Under the pieces are notes generated by a model. That model saw only the letters and a program-made list of their open reading frames with translations, was not told where the DNA came from and ran no database searches. Of a stretch of DNA of 28,786 nucleotides, positions 8,174 to 17,196 are shown piece by piece. Where the stretch lies: positions 1 to 28,786 of the IMG/VR virus record IMGVR_UViG_3300033067_000249; one strand, given 5' to 3'. The stretch is from a virus (taxonomy: Duplodnaviria; Caudoviricetes). The position numbers and the translations under genes are program-made. The stretch's first letter is position 1, and the number at the start of each line of letters is the position of its first letter.

Positions 8174-11071
8174 ATGACACAAAAGAATATTGACTTTGGC
8201 TCTTTTCCAGACGATCCTTCAGCAGAATCGATAAGAGAAGCATTCCAAAAAATAGAAGAAAACTTCACGGAGCTATATAACACTACGTTATCTACTGGTG
8301 TGTACGAAGTTAAGCCGGGATCCGGTCTACGAAACGAGTTAGGTAGAATTACCGGTAACGTAACTGTGTATGCTAACGTTTCGAATGTCACTATTAAAAC
8401 TTCTAGTAGTTTGGTAGTTAAACCTGAGACTTCTGGTGTTTACTCAAATTCTGCAACAGTGTATGACACTACACCGTTTATGATAGGATTGTCCAACACA
8501 ATCACAACCTCAAATGCAGTTTTTGCAAATACTACTGTATCAGGTAATCTTACTGTCTCAGGTAAAGTAACAACTAGTCTAATACCGGTATCGAATGAGA
8601 CTTTAGATTTGGGTTCCCCTTCGTTCATGTGGAAAGATTTGTATTTAAGTGGAAATACTTTAACACTAGGGTCACAAACAATTTCATCTAACAGTTCGGG
8701 AGTAATTGTCTCAACTGGAATCGTGACTGGTAACTTAGATGTTGGCACTGTTTCTGCTGATTATGTCAGTGGTCAAGTAGTTGATCCTCAACAACCTAAT
8801 ATCACTAAAGTTGGTATTCTACAAGGTCTTGAAGTTTCAGGTGATATTACCAGTGGTAATATTTCATTAACTGGTAACCTACAAACTCTAGCAATCAACA
8901 CACAAACAATGAATGTGTCCGGTGCGTTTAGCGCAGGCACTATTACTGGAACATTAATTCTCCCACCAGGTGCAACTATTGACTCACCGGGTGACGACAT
9001 GCAAATTGTCTTTAATGATAATGGTAAACAAGCTGCTGTTCCTGGATTACAATTTAATAAAACTTCTTCGTTGCTTACTATTCAAGGTAACGTTGAAGGC
9101 GGTAATTTGATTACAAGCGGTGCGTTAGATGTATCTCTTTCTGCAAATGTAGGTAGTTTAAATTCCGAAGGTGATGTCAATGCAACTGGTACTGTGTACG
9201 GTGGTAGTATTATCTCGTTAGGAATATTGACTGCATCAGATACAGTTACTGCAGGTAATCTTACAACCGCAGGATACTTAGAAGTTACTGGTACTGCTAA
9301 TGTCGGGGCAATTACGACTACTACTATTGATGGTACTAGAGTATCAGTTTCTGGTAATGTTTCAGGTGCAAACTTAGTTGCAAGTGGTTTGTTACAAGTA
9401 GATGGTGCAGCTGCCGTTGGTAGTTTGACTACTAGCGGTCAAGTTTCTGCTGCCACATTACGTGCTACGGCTAATGCTATTATTGATGGTAACATCAGTT
9501 CTACTAATGGTAGTTTTGTAACAGTAAACGGTAGCTTATCTGGCGCAAGTTTATATTCGTCTGGTTTGGCTGATATCACAGGTGACTTCTTTGGAAGAGC
9601 AAACGTAACAGCAGATGGTATTTTGACAGTCGTTGGTAATTCATCATTAGGCAACGTAGTTGCGTCTGGTGTTATTGGTATGGCGAATGGGGCTAAAGTT
9701 GCGAACACATTGACAATTGGCTCCTCTCTATCAATAACTGCAACAGAGGGCACTGGAACAGTTGCTACATTAACGTTTGATTTACAAACATTCCCACCGT
9801 TCGCTGTAGGACAACTTATTACTGTACAGGGTATCTCACCTTCAGCTTATAATACTACTAGCTCTGGTGCTACAGTTCTAAGTTGTACTAACGAAGAAGT
9901 AACTTACAGTAGCAGTGCTACAGGTAGTATGATTACTTCCGGTACAGTTACAAGTGCAGGCACTGGTCTATCAGTTACTGGTAATATTTCAGGTACTAAC
10001 TTGAACATTGCTGGTATATTGAGAGCAGGTGATACTGAGTTTGCTAATGTTAACACTGTTGGTTTGATGACTGTTTCACAAACTATCACTGCTGGTAATT
10101 TAGAAACTACAGGCACGTTAACTTCGGGTAATGCTGTCATTGATAATATCACAAGTGTAGGTTTAATTTCTGCAACTGGAAATATCACTGCTGGTAATTT
10201 AGAAACTACAGGTATAATTAAAACAACAGGCACAGCTAATGTAGGAACTTTAGTTGTTACCTCAGATGCAGGTATTGATGGTAATGCTTCTATCAACGGA
10301 ACTGTTACTGGTGCTCTGTTTAGTGGTAGTGGTGCAAGTTTAACTAATTTGAACAGCATTGCAATCGGGACTGTAGTAAATGTGACTGCAACTTCAGGTA
10401 ATGGAACTACAGCCACACTAACATTCACTAATGCAGGTTACATTCCATTCTATGTTGGGCAATCTATCACAGTTGCAGGATTATCGCCCGCAGGATACAA
10501 TGGAACATTTACTGTAACGGCTGCAACGTCTACTACTGTATCATATGCAAATGCAACAACTGGTTCAATGTCAGTATCTGGCACAGTTCAAGGTGGCTCA
10601 CGAACTTTATCTTCACAAAATGCAGATAATGCATTTACTGCGGGCATTGTAACTAATGCAGCACAAACTAATATCACTAGTTTAGGTACGTTGACAGGCT
10701 TGACACTCAACGGAGCATTGTCGGGTACTAGTATTTCTGCATCAGGATTTATGTTGAGTAGTGTTACGACTGGTATTAGTGCTACAGGTACTGATATTAA
10801 CACTGCTTACGGACTATCTAAACAAATCAACGTAGTTACTTCTGCAACTTGGGGTTCGGCAGATGGAGTAAGATTGCCGGCAACTACAGTAGGTATGACA
10901 GTGATAATTATTAATACAACTGCATCAAATATGAAAGTTTATCCTCCAGCAGGGTCAGCAATTAATTCGTTAACGACAAACGTGTACCATCAGTTAGGTG
11001 CTGGTGCTAGATTAATGTTTGTCGCAACATCAACATCTCAATGGTATTCATTGACAGGTGTTTACGCTTAA
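8174..11071 (+). CDS. Tail fiber/baseplate-attached fibrous protein
   Basis: The N-terminus NIDFGSFPDDPSAESIREAFQKIEENFTELY resembles the T4 gp9/gp10-type anchor; long G/T/N/V-rich beta repeats (GNITAGNL); two similar inserted domains. Confidence 0.75.
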   Translation: MTQKNIDFGSFPDDPSAESIREAFQKIEENFTELYNTTLSTGVYEVKPGSGLRNELGRITGNVTVYANVSNVTIKTSSSLVVKPETSGVYSNSATVYDTTPFMIGLSNTITTSNAVFANTTVSGNLTVSGKVTTSLIPVSNETLDLGSPSFMWKDLYLSGNTLTLGSQTISSNSSGVIVSTGIVTGNLDVGTVSADYVSGQVVDPQQPNITKVGILQGLEVSGDITSGNISLTGNLQTLAINTQTMNVSGAFSAGTITGTLILPPGATIDSPGDDMQIVFNDNGKQAAVPGLQFNKTSSLLTIQGNVEGGNLITSGALDVSLSANVGSLNSEGDVNATGTVYGGSIISLGILTASDTVTAGNLTTAGYLEVTGTANVGAITTTTIDGTRVSVSGNVSGANLVASGLLQVDGAAAVGSLTTSGQVSAATLRATANAIIDGNISSTNGSFVTVNGSLSGASLYSSGLADITGDFFGRANVTADGILTVVGNSSLGNVVASGVIGMANGAKVANTLTIGSSLSITATEGTGTVATLTFDLQTFPPFAVGQLITVQGISPSAYNTTSSGATVLSCTNEEVTYSSSATGSMITSGTVTSAGTGLSVTGNISGTNLNIAGILRAGDTEFANVNTVGLMTVSQTITAGNLETTGTLTSGNAVIDNITSVGLISATGNITAGNLETTGIIKTTGTANVGTLVVTSDAGIDGNASINGTVTGALFSGSGASLTNLNSIAIGTVVNVTATSGNGTTATLTFTNAGYIPFYVGQSITVAGLSPAGYNGTFTVTAATSTTVSYANATTGSMSVSGTVQGGSRTLSSQNADNAFTAGIVTNAAQTNITSLGTLTGLTLNGALSGTSISASGFMLSSVTTGISATGTDINTAYGLSKQINVVTSATWGSADGVRLPATTVGMTVIIINTTASNMKVYPPAGSAINSLTTNVYHQLGAGARLMFVATSTSQWYSLTGVYA
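10084..10212 (+). repeat. 30-bp exact direct repeat within the fiber gene, 99-nt period
   Basis: TATCACTGCTGGTAATTTAGAAACTACAGG at 10084-10113 and 10183-10212 (encodes ITAGNLETTG). Confidence 0.9.
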
Positions 11072-11081
11072 AGGAAATAAA

Positions 11082-11711
11082 ATGAAAGTAACAGTAGAGT
11101 TATTACAAGCACTTTGTCCAAAGACAAAACGTTCAGTTTTAGAGGTATATGCTGAACCAATTCACGATGTTGCGGCTTATTACGATATGTACGACAACCC
11201 TCGTAGATTAGCCGGCTTCTTAGCACAAATCGCACATGAGTCGGGCGGTTTTAATTTCGTTAAAGAGAATTTGAATTACGGTGCGAAAGGTTTAATGACT
11301 ACCTTTAAAAAGTATTTTCCATCAGAGGAGCTAGCAAAGCAATATGAAAGACAACCTGAAAAAATTGCTAATCGTGTGTATGCTAATCGCATGGCTAATG
11401 GTGATGAGTTATCAGGCGATGGGTATCGTTTCTGTGGCCGTGGACTTATTCAATTAACCGGTCGTGCAAACTATACTAAATTCGCAGAAGACTTGGGCAT
11501 TAGCATCGAAGAAACTGTACAATACTTAGAGACACCTGCAGGTGCTGTTAGCTCTGCTGGTTGGTTCTGGGATAACAACAACTTGAATCAATACTGCGAT
11601 GCAGATGATTTCGTAACATTGACAAAACGTATCAATGGTGGAACTATTGGTTTAGCAGATAGAGAACATCATTATCATCTAATGCTGGATCTACTACAAA
11701 AGCAAGGATAA
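11082..11711 (+). CDS. Glycoside hydrolase family 19 lysozyme/endolysin
   Basis: FLAQIAHESGGF, ENLNY, IANRVYANRMANG, GRGLIQLTGRANY, SAGWFW, TKRINGG; the AAGGA SD supports ATG 11082. Confidence 0.93.
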   Translation: MKVTVELLQALCPKTKRSVLEVYAEPIHDVAAYYDMYDNPRRLAGFLAQIAHESGGFNFVKENLNYGAKGLMTTFKKYFPSEELAKQYERQPEKIANRVYANRMANGDELSGDGYRFCGRGLIQLTGRANYTKFAEDLGISIEETVQYLETPAGAVSSAGWFWDNNNLNQYCDADDFVTLTKRINGGTIGLADREHHYHLMLDLLQKQG

Positions 11712-11713
11712 TT

Positions 11714-13864
11714 ATGGCACAACCAGTGTGGCGCATTGCCCCGGGTGACCTTGGGATATTTCCATCGGGAACACCTATTAGTATTCAACTACAAGCAAGT
11801 CCTGTAGCACCTGCCAACACAATCTCATTTAAGTTGTTAAATGGATCGTTGCCATTGGGTAATTTTTCACTATCCTCAACTGGTTTAATTTCAGGAACAC
11901 CTGCAGTAAAAATCGAAGAATCAATCTACACTTTCACTGTGCGTATCACTGATAACTTGGGTAACATAAAAGATGGTACTTTTACTATTGGGGTGTACGG
12001 GTCAGATGGAGTTAAGTTTCTAACTACCCCGGGTGAGATTCTTAATATCAATGACAGTGAATATGTTAAATTTCAGTTAGACTATATTCATATCCCTGAA
12101 GATGTACCTCTAGTGAGTATCACATCAGGTAAATTGCCACCGGGTTTAATGTTAGATAGCTTCGGGTTGATTACCGGATGGGCATCTCCTCCAGTGTTAC
12201 CTGACAGGTCACCGACTGCTAGAAGCTATGAGTTCACTGTAAAGCTGACTAACTCATTTGGTGTTGACTCACAAACTTACAGTATTTTTGTGAATAACAT
12301 TCAAACTACTAACCTTCAACAGAAACGTAGACCTGCAATTTTAAACGCACAACCATTGCAATTACCACTGCAACGTACGGATGAGTTTTATTCGTACTAC
12401 ACTCTTTCTTCAGATGAAATAGGTCCAATTGAAGCTGGTAAGAACTTTACTTTCAAAGTATTGGGTTATGACTTTGATAAGCAAGATTTAACTTATGTGT
12501 TTTCTGCAATGCCACCGGGTTTAGTGGGTGATTCAGTAACTGGATGGGTCACAGGTACTCCTGACGTTACACTAGGTACCGCGATTGTATATTCCTTCAA
12601 TGTGAAAGTTTTCAAGACAGCGTATCCATCATATGAAAGCGACACAAAAACATTCACATTGACTGTACGTAATAACGTTGAGCAATTGATTGAATGGAAA
12701 ACTGAAACTGATTTGGGAACGTATAATAACGGAACCGTGTGTCACTTAAAAGTAGAAGCAACTGCTGATGTTGATTTACGTTATGTTGTTTCAAATGGTA
12801 ATTTGCCACCTAACGTCTTGTTGCATGAAACAGGTGAATTGATAGGACGCTTTCCGTTTCAACCAGACACTGTTTCGACTCCATTAGGTGAATCAACCAC
12901 TTTCACATTTGACATTACTGCATTCTCTCGTGTCTCAAACGGTATCTACAATACAAAACGCTTCACAATAACAGTTAAGCAAAGATTCGAGCACCCAGTA
13001 GAGACTGTATATTTTAAAGCGTCACCTGGCGTAGACAACAGAAAAATTCTTCAGACATTGATAACTAGCGAAGCATTGATTCCAAACGAGTTTTTGTTTA
13101 GACCTTTCGATAATAACTTTGGAAGAGCTACCGAAGTCAGACTCAATCATCAATATTGCGTAGTTTCAAAATCAACAAGTACATACTTGAATGCGTTAGT
13201 GAATAATCACTATCGACAAAGGTTTATAATCAACGAGTTGCATACTGCACTTGCCCGTGACGAAAATAACAATGAACTTTACGAAGTAGTGTACGCAACG
13301 TTCAAAGATTCGGGCACAAATGACCTAGGACAAAGTGTTCCTAAGAACATTGCTTGGCCACAAGATATAGGTTTGCGCTACGGTGACTGGTATGATTCTA
13401 AAACAGACATTTACACATCAAACACAAATGTATATTCAAGTTTTAGCCCTTCTTACATAAAAACAATAGCACCAACAAGTCTTAAAAACATGAGAGATGA
13501 GTTAACGTCAAACTTAGAAATTGACTTTGACGAAACAATGCTACCTAAATGGATGACTTCTCAACAGAGAGATGGAAGCGTGTTAGGTTTTGTACCTGCA
13601 TGGGTCATTTGTTATACTCTTCCAGGTAAGTCTGAAACTATTAAGAGTAACATTGAGAACTATTGGGCATATAACCTCAGTGATATTGATTTCGAGGTAG
13701 ATAGAGTATTAGTTGATAGGAGCATGACGTTCAATTGGAACACTACCTTAGTAGAACCAAATTGGTCTAACCTTCCAAGTGCATTCCCTGCACCAAGTCC
13801 GCTGAACCAGTATGATGATATAGTGTTGTTCAAACAACAAACTATTTTGCCCATCATTGAATAA
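11714..13864 (+). CDS. Virion protein with tandem Ig/cadherin-like (putative Ig) repeats
   Basis: Four repeats of G-x-LP-x-G/N...G-x-I-x-G-x-P...YxFxV; structural gene context. Confidence 0.75.
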   Translation: MAQPVWRIAPGDLGIFPSGTPISIQLQASPVAPANTISFKLLNGSLPLGNFSLSSTGLISGTPAVKIEESIYTFTVRITDNLGNIKDGTFTIGVYGSDGVKFLTTPGEILNINDSEYVKFQLDYIHIPEDVPLVSITSGKLPPGLMLDSFGLITGWASPPVLPDRSPTARSYEFTVKLTNSFGVDSQTYSIFVNNIQTTNLQQKRRPAILNAQPLQLPLQRTDEFYSYYTLSSDEIGPIEAGKNFTFKVLGYDFDKQDLTYVFSAMPPGLVGDSVTGWVTGTPDVTLGTAIVYSFNVKVFKTAYPSYESDTKTFTLTVRNNVEQLIEWKTETDLGTYNNGTVCHLKVEATADVDLRYVVSNGNLPPNVLLHETGELIGRFPFQPDTVSTPLGESTTFTFDITAFSRVSNGIYNTKRFTITVKQRFEHPVETVYFKASPGVDNRKILQTLITSEALIPNEFLFRPFDNNFGRATEVRLNHQYCVVSKSTSTYLNALVNNHYRQRFIINELHTALARDENNNELYEVVYATFKDSGTNDLGQSVPKNIAWPQDIGLRYGDWYDSKTDIYTSNTNVYSSFSPSYIKTIAPTSLKNMRDELTSNLEIDFDETMLPKWMTSQQRDGSVLGFVPAWVICYTLPGKSETIKSNIENYWAYNLSDIDFEVDRVLVDRSMTFNWNTTLVEPNWSNLPSAFPAPSPLNQYDDIVLFKQQTILPIIE

Positions 13865-13872
13865 CATAAATA
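13865..13872 (+). promoter_or_regulatory. T4-type late promoter box
   Basis: CATAAATA right after the upstream stop codon. Confidence 0.65.
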
Positions 13873-13890
13873 ATTTGTTGGAAGAAATAT

Positions 13891-14727
13891 ATGAGTAACA
13901 TTAACACAAACGGTATCGACACATCTTATCCAGTCCCAGGTAAGAACAATTCTACGCAGGGATTTAGAGATAATTTCACAAACATTAAAAACAACTTGGA
14001 TGTTGCAACAGCAGAACTAGCTGACCTTCAATCTAAAGTAATTGTCAAATCAGCACTGAACGGTACTGCTATTAACAATAACATGAACGGTCAAGAAATA
14101 AGCAACGTAGTAGTTTCTTATGGAAGAACTAAAGCGAAAAACTTAGGTTCAACAATGCAGGGTACTGTGGTAATTAATACTTCTACGAGTGAAGTGTTTT
14201 ATGGAACGGTCATAGGTGGACTTACCTTAGATTTCGGTAACTGGCCTAAGACAGATGAATTTAGAAGTATTCGTTTAGAATTGAGTATTTCACCTGACCA
14301 CCGTGACGCAGTTATCAAGTTTCCGAAAACAACTATCAACAACGGAGTTATCTCTGGTATTTCTCCAGCTATCCAGCGAGTTGAAAATTGGTTCGGAACT
14401 GTAACTGAGGATGATTTTGCTAATCCATTATGGGACACTACGTATGACGGCATGACCGAATGCTATAATTACGTATCAGCAACTGCATTTGATTCTACAT
14501 TGTCATTTGATGTATCATCAAGAGATTGCGGTGTTACTATCGACATTAAACCTGTTATAAGTTCACCTCGTGCTGGGCAGTTAATGTTAAGAACACCTAC
14601 AAGAGTGGGTATCGAAGGCGACAAACCTGGACAGATATGCTATGACAGTCAGTACGTCTACATTTGTGTAGGTGTATACGACGGAACTACTGCTATTTGG
14701 ACTAGAGCACAACTCGCAGGATTTTAA
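13891..14727 (+). CDS. Putative structural/fiber-associated protein
   Basis: N-terminal coiled coil (QGFRDNFTNIKNNL...ELADLQ); C-terminal GDKPGQICYDSQYVYICV...W module of the type seen at phage fiber ends. Confidence 0.55.
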   Translation: MSNINTNGIDTSYPVPGKNNSTQGFRDNFTNIKNNLDVATAELADLQSKVIVKSALNGTAINNNMNGQEISNVVVSYGRTKAKNLGSTMQGTVVINTSTSEVFYGTVIGGLTLDFGNWPKTDEFRSIRLELSISPDHRDAVIKFPKTTINNGVISGISPAIQRVENWFGTVTEDDFANPLWDTTYDGMTECYNYVSATAFDSTLSFDVSSRDCGVTIDIKPVISSPRAGQLMLRTPTRVGIEGDKPGQICYDSQYVYICVGVYDGTTAIWTRAQLAGF

Positions 14728-14732
14728 TTTGG

Positions 14733-14766
14733 GTTGCATAAAGGTGTGTAAATATCTTTATGCAAC
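14733..14766 (+). promoter_or_regulatory. 15-bp hairpin with a late promoter box at its apex, occluding ATG 14760
   Basis: GTTGCATAAAGGTGT-GTAA-ATATCTTTATGCAAC (two G-U pairs, GNRA loop); TGTAAATA at 14747-14754. Confidence 0.8.
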
Positions 14767-14993
14767 ATCCATTCATCACAGACTTATCTTCTAAAACATT
14801 AGAAGAATTGCAACAGACAGTGACCGATTTAACCGGTAAATTGAACTTTGCTTATCGTACTGGAAACACCGCTTTAATAACTCAATTACGGATGGCTATT
14901 GAGAGCTATCAAACCGAGTCCGGTAAACGCCTTGACGATTTGTACAGAAAACAAAACGCACAAAAATCTATTAACATTTCTTCTAAAGGGTAA
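14760..14993 (+). CDS. Small helical hypothetical protein, 77 aa
   Basis: Fills the intergenic gap; predicted two-helix hairpin. Confidence 0.8.
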   Translation: MQHPFITDLSSKTLEELQQTVTDLTGKLNFAYRTGNTALITQLRMAIESYQTESGKRLDDLYRKQNAQKSINISSKG

Positions 14994-14996
14994 TCT

Positions 14997-15596
14997 ATGA
15001 CAGCACGAGTACAACGTAGTTTTGAATTATTGGCATGCGTCCAATTCGAACCTGAATTTTTTGTCAACTACTATGATTTTGACATAACTTTCAATGTAGA
15101 GTCTACGTCAATTATGGAACAAAACATAGCCCTTGAGAGGGTCAAATATTATCTAGAATGTTGTGTGCAAAATAGCATTTTTGTACAAGATAGTAATACT
15201 GCTGCTATTGAGAAATATACAGCAGCGGGTTTGAGAGTATGTACTTTACCAGAAGAGCCATACGACCAAGTAATAGGTATTATGCTCTTACACAAATTCA
15301 ACGCTATTACTGAAGGAAGACTCATTGCTACTGATGTTTCTATTACAAGTAGACTAAGTGATGGAGTCGTATGCTTCTATAGCATAGAAGAAAGTTCAGG
15401 ACCATTCCAACTTAAGGGTTGGTGGAATGAAGCAAACACTAGCGTCAACGATATCAAACCCAAAAATAAGAAAATTCTAAAATTGGCAAAGCCATCATTT
15501 GATTGGGATGATTTAGAACTGGCTTGGTCACCCAAACCAAAATCAGAAACGTCAGCAGAAATCGTGTTTGCCACATTCGAGAAAACGGACAAATAA
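14997..15596 (+). CDS. Hypothetical protein, 199 aa
   Basis: AAGGG SD; tightly packed; no family recognised. Confidence 0.8.
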   Translation: MTARVQRSFELLACVQFEPEFFVNYYDFDITFNVESTSIMEQNIALERVKYYLECCVQNSIFVQDSNTAAIEKYTAAGLRVCTLPEEPYDQVIGIMLLHKFNAITEGRLIATDVSITSRLSDGVVCFYSIEESSGPFQLKGWWNEANTSVNDIKPKNKKILKLAKPSFDWDDLELAWSPKPKSETSAEIVFATFEKTDK

Positions 15597-15599
15597 TAG

Positions 15600-15628
15600 T
15601 TGCTTTTTAGTACTGAAGGTGTTATCAT
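15600..15628 (+). promoter_or_regulatory. Sigma70-type promoter with extended -10, probably giving a leaderless mRNA
   Basis: TTGCTT-17 nt-TATCAT with TG at -15/-14; ATG 15635 lies at the expected +1. Confidence 0.65.
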
Positions 15629-15634
15629 TCAACA

Positions 15635-16141
15635 ATGATTAATGACGTTCACACTAGGCAGATTCTTACTGAAAATGATTTGTGTGACGCCTACCTATCA
15701 AACCCAGAACTACATATCAAAAACGCATTAGTTGACACTGATATTGTATTTGATAGTAACTTGAACCTGCAAAATATACCAACGTTACTAAAGTATGTAG
15801 TTGATGACTTGTCTACAGAAGAATTCGACACATCATTGCAAGATAATTGGTACATGCCAGTCGAATATAAAACTATGGACATCGCACAGTGGCTTCTGGA
15901 TCAATGCAAAGAAGATTATGAGCTACAACGTGTCGGCGAAGAGTTGATATTATATCAAGAACATGACCTTTTTCCTCTGTTGTGTTATTGCAAGTATCTA
16001 GTTGACACTATGCGAAAAAATAATGTCGTATGGGGAGTCGGTAGAGGAAGTAGTGTGTCAAGCTATGTATTGTATCTAATAGGGGTACACCGTATAAATA
16101 GCTTGCATTATGACTTGTCAATAGATGAGTTTTTAAAATAA
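15635..16141 (+). CDS. dnaE: Stand-alone fragment of DNA polymerase III alpha (family C, GRGS region)
   Basis: RVGEEL...YLVDTMRKNNVVWGVGRGSSVSSYVLYLIGVHRINSLHYDLSIDEFLK parallels DnaE ...[35 protein letters not shown]. Confidence 0.85.
   Translation: MINDVHTRQILTENDLCDAYLSNPELHIKNALVDTDIVFDSNLNLQNIPTLLKYVVDDLSTEEFDTSLQDNWYMPVEYKTMDIAQWLLDQCKEDYELQRVGEELILYQEHDLFPLLCYCKYLVDTMRKNNVVWGVGRGSSVSSYVLYLIGVHRINSLHYDLSIDEFLK
16093..16100 (+). promoter_or_regulatory. Perfect T4 late promoter inside the 3' end of the dnaE fragment
   Basis: TATAAATA 50 nt upstream of ATG 16151, which has an AAGGAG SD. Confidence 0.65.
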
Positions 16142-16150
16142 GGAGAAAAC

Positions 16151-16456
16151 ATGGCAGGATATAGAACAGCACAAGGACGAACAGTTGATATGGCATCTTT
16201 GGTTGCAAAAAACGAGAAAGTTCGTGCAGTGGGTAACATGAATGTAAACGCCCGAGGCGACATTCTTGACAACCAAAACAATATTATCAATGATAATAGT
16301 AATCGTGTGAAGAACGCATACGACAAAACAGTTGCACCTGTAAAAACAAAGCCAGCGTCATCGGCACCACCGTCTATTACCCCAGACGAGCCAGTTCAAT
16401 TATCGAAGGCAGAACAAGAGTTGTTTGACAACGATGAGGACTTTAAACGTGAGTAA
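16151..16456 (+). CDS. Hypothetical protein, 101 aa
   Basis: Strong AAGGAG SD; RAVGNMNVNARGD segment; lies upstream of GroES. Confidence 0.85.
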   Translation: MAGYRTAQGRTVDMASLVAKNEKVRAVGNMNVNARGDILDNQNNIINDNSNRVKNAYDKTVAPVKTKPASSAPPSITPDEPVQLSKAEQELFDNDEDFKRE

Positions 16457-16817
16457 ACAAGCGTTTGAACCACACAAGTTTAATAAGGAACAGTTCAAGC
16501 CCCTCCGGGACTTTGTATTTGTTTCTGACATGAACACGGAAGAGCGTGTCACTAAGGGAGGAATTATCATTCCAAACGACAACCGCTCTAGTGCAGGCGT
16601 TAGACCTCGTTGGTGTAAAGTCTACAAAGTGGGCAACGAGTTCATCGGCGATATCAAAGAAGGTGATTGGATTTTAGTCAGTCACGGCAGATGGTCACGT
16701 GGTATCGACATTGAAGATGAAACCGGTGCCAAGACGATTCGTAGAGTAGACACTAATGATATTTTGATGGCGTCGGACACCCCAATGGGTGATGAAACAT
16801 TCAGCGATAAGGTATAA
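16449..16817 (+). CDS. groES: Co-chaperonin GroES/Cpn10 (functional analogue of T4 gp31)
   Basis: FKPLRDFVFV...EERVTKGGIIIP...VYKVG...IKEGDWIL...DIL; the GAGGA SD supports a GTG start at 16449. Confidence 0.85.
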   Translation: MSKQAFEPHKFNKEQFKPLRDFVFVSDMNTEERVTKGGIIIPNDNRSSAGVRPRWCKVYKVGNEFIGDIKEGDWILVSHGRWSRGIDIEDETGAKTIRRVDTNDILMASDTPMGDETFSDKV

Positions 16818-16818
16818 T

Positions 16819-17187
16819 ATGAAATGGTTTTTTAAATGGTTGCGTGATGGCATCAATCGTGTGGATATGGATGCACGTGAAGAAGAAGCAGAACGTTATA
16901 CTTCTATGTCCGAAAACAAATATAAAATTGGCCTAGCCATTCCGAAAATTAGAGGTTCGAAAACTGCAGGAATCACAATGGGTTCTAACTCTGATAGTTC
17001 AGTGCATCTAAACACTAACCCAATGAATTTCAGAATCTATCCAGCAACAGGTGGTCATATTGTTGAGTACCAATATTACAATGAAAAACTTGACCGAAAC
17101 GACCAAGCATTGCATTTGATACCCAGTGAACTTGACATGGCTACAGAACTTGCTAAAATTATGACTTTAGAAGCGTTGAAACGATAA
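16819..17187 (+). CDS. Hypothetical protein (start MKWFFKWL)
   Basis: AAGG SD before ATG 16819. Confidence 0.75.
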   Translation: MKWFFKWLRDGINRVDMDAREEEAERYTSMSENKYKIGLAIPKIRGSKTAGITMGSNSDSSVHLNTNPMNFRIYPATGGHIVEYQYYNEKLDRNDQALHLIPSELDMATELAKIMTLEALKR

Positions 17188-17196
17188 GGAAACAAA

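Noticed and set aside
8440-10803. Several minus-strand ORFs (70-174 aa) inside the fiber gene
   Set aside because: Antisense shadows of codon-biased G/T/V/N-rich sequence; no SD, promoter or recognisable motif
16100-16456. Split intein, frameshift or stop read-through continuing dnaE
   Set aside because: No intein-like sequence follows the fragment, the stop is TAA, the next ORF has its own strong SD, and no PDxDxD was seen in it
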